The notes under the pieces: model-generated
The model's input: only the letters and a program-made list of their open reading frames with translations
Databases searched by the model: none
What the model was told of the DNA's origin: nothing
In this document: piece by piece, positions 59,071 to 64,000 of the stretch
How positions within the stretch are numbered: position 1 is the first letter of the stretch
Layout: every line of letters begins with the position of its first letter
Position numbers and translations under genes: made by a program
From: Neophaeotheca triangularis
Taxonomy: Eukaryota
Reading direction: 5' to 3'
Length of the DNA stretch: 64,000 nucleotides
NCBI GenBank assembly: GCA_054600435.1
Contig: BAAIJX010000034.1
Location: 1-64,000, forward strand

Positions 59071-60783
59071 CTAAGAGACACTTCTAATCTTACAACTCCA
59101 TCCGCTCTCCTGGCTCAGCAGGGGCAAACTCGCACCCAAGCACCACCCCAACTCATTCCCCTTGATCTTCTTCGCGATCCTCACCTCGCGGTCAATCGGC
59201 ATCTCATAACCCGTATGCAGCAGCGCCAACATGAAGTTCAGATCCAAACATGTCTCAGGCCGATCTTCCAACTCTTCCATGGCACCGGGTACGGATTCGA
59301 AAACTTTCCAAGCGTCCCCACCCTTGCAGACGCGGGCTGTGAGGTCTTTGAGCTCGCTGAGGGTGAAAGACTCAGGCATGCCCAAGGGGCTCGTGCGGTC
59401 GTAGAAGTAGGAGAATAGGTAGATATCCTCACGGGCAAAGGTCTTTTCCAGGCTGGGTTGGTGGACACCGTTGAAAGCACAGGGCGCCAGGGCGCAAGAG
59501 GCGTCCTTCTTCAGAGTCTTCTCGGCCAAGGCGCGGCATTGTGCTGGGCTTGCTTGTGTAGGACCCGTAAATTTCACCGTCACTGTCTCGCCGAGTGCAT
59601 GTCCTTCTCCCATCGCTACTTCGACCTCCTTGCTAGAGCCCGGAGCAAGGCAGGGATGCATGACGGGTTTCTCCAGCCAAGCGGTGCTGGAAGAGTGACC
59701 CTCATGCATGCCCTCGAGCAATGCGCGATGCAGATTGTTGCGCGCTTCCATTAGGCCGTAACCAAGATAAGAGTGTTGATAAAGAGAAAAGTCGCGACCT
59801 CCAAAAGACAGCTGGTACTTGTGGTCGCCCTCGGCAAGCGTCTCAGGCATGCCGCCTTCAGTCGCTGCCTTGAAAGTCGGCTCAAAGACAATCTGCGTGC
59901 TTCCTCCGCCAAGATCAAAGACGGCCGCAGTCGGGTCCTTGGAGGGACCTCCAATCTTGCCGAGAAGGTAGTTGGTGGTAATCCAGGCGTAGACACCCTC
60001 GTCGGTGCCATCCATGACCTCAACACCGCCCTTCTCCTCGCTCACTACTGGAAAAGGGTAGTCGTTCTCCAAATGCGTACGCACGGCTTTCAAGATGGCC
60101 GCACTCCCTTCCTCGCCCAGTTTGCGCAATCCAGCAGTAGCCTTGACAGCAACAGGGGTGCACCCCTTGACTTTGTCCGGCACATGCTCCATCGCAACCG
60201 CCATCAAGGGATCCAAACTCCTCGCCGCCCCTTCTGGATCGTTCGGGTAGCTGCTCAATCCACTCCCACCCTCCTTCTTCGCCGTCATCTCAAACTTCTC
60301 ATCCTCCAACTCAGGCGTCGGCCCACAGTTGTTGAAGCGATAGACATGGATCCTGCTACCCGTGCTTCCAGCATCAATCATAAGCGCATACTGTATCAAC
60401 GGTTTATCTTTGGAATAGCTCCTGGTGCACTGCTTCGTAGCGACAGAGGGATCGGAAGCTACATCACCGCCAGGAAACTTGCCCACACCCGGAACGGAAG
60501 AGGAAGTCGGAACGATGTAGTAGAGCACCAAGAGAACGAGTGTGATTAGGCAGCCGGTCTTGATGTGCCGGGCCCTTTGGCCTTGATTCATCCAAGCGGA
60601 TTTTATCTTTTCGTTCATGGATTCGGCACGTTTGTGGTTGGAGTGACGATCGGCCTTTTCGTGAGGGTCGTCGTCGCGCAAAATCTCGCGCTTGGGCAGG
60701 GTAACGGAGGAAGAGCGACGGCGCGGCGATGAGAGACCGACGTAAGACCAAACCGAGGAATGAGTGTGGTTGGTGCTGGACAT
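59071..60783 (-). CDS. GDA1: Golgi guanosine diphosphatase (GDA1/CD39 apyrase)
   Basis: ACR motifs IDAGSTGSR, KATAGLR, DEGVYAW, DLGGGSTQ, GWCLGA; N-terminal TM anchor. Start uncertain. Confidence 0.93.
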   Translation of the reverse strand: MSSTNHTHSSVWSYVGLSSPRRRSSSVTLPKREILRDDDPHEKADRHSNHKRAESMNEKIKSAWMNQGQRARHIKTGCLITLVLLVLYYIVPTSSSVPGVGKFPGGDVASDPSVATKQCTRSYSKDKPLIQYALMIDAGSTGSRIHVYRFNNCGPTPELEDEKFEMTAKKEGGSGLSSYPNDPEGAARSLDPLMAVAMEHVPDKVKGCTPVAVKATAGLRKLGEEGSAAILKAVRTHLENDYPFPVVSEEKGGVEVMDGTDEGVYAWITTNYLLGKIGGPSKDPTAAVFDLGGGSTQIVFEPTFKAATEGGMPETLAEGDHKYQLSFGGRDFSLYQHSYLGYGLMEARNNLHRALLEGMHEGHSSSTAWLEKPVMHPCLAPGSSKEVEVAMGEGHALGETVTVKFTGPTQASPAQCRALAEKTLKKDASCALAPCAFNGVHQPSLEKTFAREDIYLFSYFYDRTSPLGMPESFTLSELKDLTARVCKGGDAWKVFESVPGAMEELEDRPETCLDLNFMLALLHTGYEMPIDREVRIAKKIKGNELGWCLGASLPLLSQESGWSCKIRSVS

Positions 60784-61269
60784 CAAGCGGGGTAGGAGGA
60801 TGGAGTGGTTCAGCACAGCGGTGATACTGTTCTTCCCATTGACCGTTGGAGAGTGGATAGCGACGACGAGGCCAAGGCGAGGACTTGATCGATGTCGTTG
60901 AGAAGGAAAGAAAGGAGGAAATTGTTGACGCCGGATCTGCCCTCTGCTCGAGTTGTCCTTTCCCAATCGCACCTCAAGCCTTTGAACCCTGACGTGCGCC
61001 ACTCCCGCTCTCCCGTTACCGACCACATGGCACACGCGAGGTTACCGAAATAGAAGCGACGCACAAGCCACACTTGATCTCACTCGACCTGCAAGAGATC
61101 CATGGACGCGAGCCACCTAAACTTCACTTTGGATGCTCGACTTGTTTTAATAAATTTTGTTAAGAAATCTCAACAAGGTACCCAAGAGTACACTTGCAGG
61201 CAACACTACATTTGATATCTCCAACCGCTCATCCATAACCATAACTACACACTAAAATAATTTATTACA

Positions 61270-61812
61270 ATGCCAGCAACATCACCATCAGCCGGCGCAA
61301 CAAGCGAAGCCAGCACCGCATCTTCCGCAGCCGCCATGTCCAATGCCTCCCACGCCAACACCGATAAATCCAGTAGCGCAACATCCGTAGGGTCCTCTGA
61401 CGCATCCGAATCCTCCGACGAAGACAGCTCATTGAGTGACGACGATGACGACGACACGTCCGAAGACGACGCAACTTCAACACCAGAACCACCGCAGGAC
61501 ATCCGAGCCCGATTGGCAGCCTTCTTGCCACGTATGGCGGCAGCAAACGAGGAATTGAAAAAGAAGGGAGAAGCTGGCAATCGGGATATTGAGGCCGTGG
61601 GAGAGGACGAGCCACATATCGAGATGTCGCTTGGCTTGGGCGTGCTGGAGGAGAAGAACGGGGATGCGAGTAGTTCTGGGAGTAGCTCACACGGGGAGAG
61701 CGACGATGGTGAAGAGAACGCCGAAAGGGCTGAGAAGGAAGATGATGTTTTGCGCAAGCTTATGGGGCAGGGTGGTGACGGGAAGAAAGCTGGGATTGAG
61801 GATCTGGGCTGA
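61270..61812 (+). CDS. DUF4598/NOPCHAP1-like small acidic protein
   Basis: RLAAFLPRMAAANEEL and HIEMSLGLGVLEEK motifs, flanked by acidic tracts. Confidence 0.75.
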   Translation: MPATSPSAGATSEASTASSAAAMSNASHANTDKSSSATSVGSSDASESSDEDSSLSDDDDDDTSEDDATSTPEPPQDIRARLAAFLPRMAAANEELKKKGEAGNRDIEAVGEDEPHIEMSLGLGVLEEKNGDASSSGSSSHGESDDGEENAERAEKEDDVLRKLMGQGGDGKKAGIEDLG

Positions 61813-62905
61813 GGAGGGAGGGCTGTCGCGCCTGATTCTTGTCCCATGCCTCATGTTGGCTGGCATGTTGGGTCGACAGTAAATGGACGCCTCGTGGCCG
61901 AAAGTGCTGTCCGATACCTGCCCGCTAGCCACGTTGATGGGAGAGAGATCGTCCGTCTTGAGCCTATCCCCATCGGAGCCAGTCACCGCCCCCCGAGAGC
62001 CGCCGGCTCGTCCGTGGTCTGCTGCTATCCCCAGGCACTCCATTGAATCGTGTTATCGAATTCGGCGAACTACTTTCCTCGGCGCAGCTTGGCTGCGCAC
62101 CGGACGTTTCATCCGCTGGCTCTCATGTCTCGGTCTCGACTCGCTGTTCTTGACCATCGACCACGGGCTCTTGAAGGGCCGGTGGTCCATTCGCCCCGAG
62201 ATTTTGCGGCAGACGGTCGGACAGACTGGAAAAGCGCAACCGTGACTGGAGGAACCGTGGGGGTTGGCGAACAGCCATGCAAGTGGTTCTGTATACAATG
62301 CAATATCACATCAGAACTGGGCCAATAGCAGGACGAACTAGAGTATGTGCAGATGCCAGACGGGCGGTATAGGTCATCACTTCCCAGTCAAAGGCGCACA
62401 TTTGCACTACAAAAAGCAAGCTACGTCTAATATGGACACGTGCTATTGTCATCGTCTGACTTCACTTGCCGAATTTTTCCACGACGTTTCCCGAACCTCC
62501 CTGCCCGCGTCCTGTTCTCAAGACTGGCCCTTGTCTCGCACGATGAGAAAAAATTCTCTCAATCGCGCAAATGATACCTTAAACCCAGGCGCCTCGAGAC
62601 GGCTACGTCGGAAGAGAAGAACTTGCTTATCCCCGGATCTTGGCTCAAGGCGTACGCCACAAACCTGGACAATCTACATCCTCCGTACCCCAACGCCGGG
62701 AACTGCTTTTGCAAGCTTCCACACACTCATTTCAAGACGGCTACGAGCGTGGGAAACCTCCTCACAAATGCACTTTGAAGATGGCCAGAGGTAGAGCAGA
62801 ACTCACGACGCTCGTCACGTTCTCTTCAATGAGGAAGGACTAGTGAAGTGCCTCAACATTGTCCTGCAATTAGCATATCCTCTCTAGCTTGCCCGTCTTA
62901 GACAT

Positions 62906-64000
62906 CTAATACGTGTACCGGAAAAACGATGCATTGTCCCCCATCAACCTCTCCGCCGCCCTCTCGTCCGCAGTATACTCGCTAGGCGGCTTGTGCTCGC
63001 GATCGCGCCGAGCGTTCTCCCGACGGTAGTAAATCGTCATGATGGCCGAGAGCACCGTGCTCATCCCGATGCAGCCTACGATTATGGAATACCCTTGAAT
63101 ATACCTCGGAGCCGTATCGGGGAGGTAGATAAAGGAGGCGAGGATGCCGCCCAGGTTGCCGAACCCCACATGCATGGCTTGTAGAGGTTAACGAACGTTC
63201 CAGGGGTTGAGGTAGATGTATCAGGACTTACCGATGCCAACTCCGCGTTTTGTCGAGCCGCCGTTGTTGTTCCCTTGCCAAGCGACTCCCTGGGGTACTG
63301 TGAACTCATCAGCAAGAGCACTCTCTGATGTGTGTAAAGAATAGGATACGAACCGTTGGGGAAGATGCCGCTAGCGTACAGAAATGCGCCAGCGTACTTG
63401 ATGTTGTTGTTTGTTGAAGCTAGGAGCATAACGACGCCGGTGAGAGCGAGCAGGTTCGAGCCGATCATGAAAACGCCGCGTTGCTTCATGCGGTCCGCTA
63501 CCCAACAAAAGCTGATGCAGCAGGCGCAGGCTACGACGTAGGGTGGGACGGACATTAATTGCGCTTGCTCGTTGGTGTAGCCTGAGTTCTGTTAGGGGCA
63601 ATCCTTCCATGAGATGCCTAGTGTAGTTGCTTGGATGTTGGCCTACCTAGGCTTGCCACTACCGAGGGTAAGAACATGGATAGGGAGTACAGCGGGGCGT
63701 AGACTCTGTCGTGGCTGTCAGCAGAAACTCTATTCAGGAGTGCACAACGATCAGTGGACTTACCCGATAGTGATGAACATATGGACCTTGAAGGGTGTTA
63801 GCTGAAATGCGGCAGACTTGTGAGTGGTCTTGGAGTCTTACCCAAATTTTCCAGTCTTTGACCGCGTCCCAGAAAAATTGCATGTCGAAATGGTCGGCAA
63901 GCGACGCTCGGTCTTCTTCGAGGCGGCGAACCACCTCATCACGCTCGTCCTGTGTAAGAAACTTTGCTGTGCTCGGGTAGTCGCTAAGGTAGAAGAAAGC
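62906..64000 (-). CDS. MFS transporter, allantoate/nicotinate permease family (3' part; runs off window)
   Basis: DWKIW, LMSVPPYVVA..DRMKQRG, WQGNNNGGSTKR, GNLGG, ENARRD..GD...FRYTY*; several introns. Confidence 0.9.

Noticed and set aside
62345..62843. 149-aa plus-strand ORF
   Set aside because: No recognisable similarity or codon bias.

Overview
Left end of a filamentous-ascomycete chromosome, probably a Dothideomycete (inferred from gene content, short GT-AG introns with CTRAC branch points, and RIP-like TpA-rich relics). A (CCCTAA)n telomere and only ~700 bp of RIP-degraded DNA precede a gene-dense block of mostly conserved genes: PPPDE-thioredoxin-PUL, IMP1, aromatic amino acid decarboxylase, RING/SIM ligase, MIP1, GTPBP, GNAT, glyoxalase II, bZIP, Sec2-like, RING-YEATS, EamA transporter, Nnk1-like kinase, F-box, an aspartic-protease-like membrane protein, an NCS1 permease/2OG-dioxygenase/Zn2Cys6 mini-cluster, CAF16, MKT1, GDA1, a NOPCHAP1-like gene and a partial MFS transporter. 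Interspersed are a 720-bp non-autonomous hAT-type element and several pseudogenes (HET, kinase-like, F-box-like). The main unexplained signals are a ~390-nt same-strand dual-frame overlap between a repeat-containing ORF and the kinase (39.4-39.75 kb) and two densely base-paired non-coding regions (18.4-18.7 kb and 34.0-35.3 kb). Gene models, splice sites and stems were read by eye; no searches were run.
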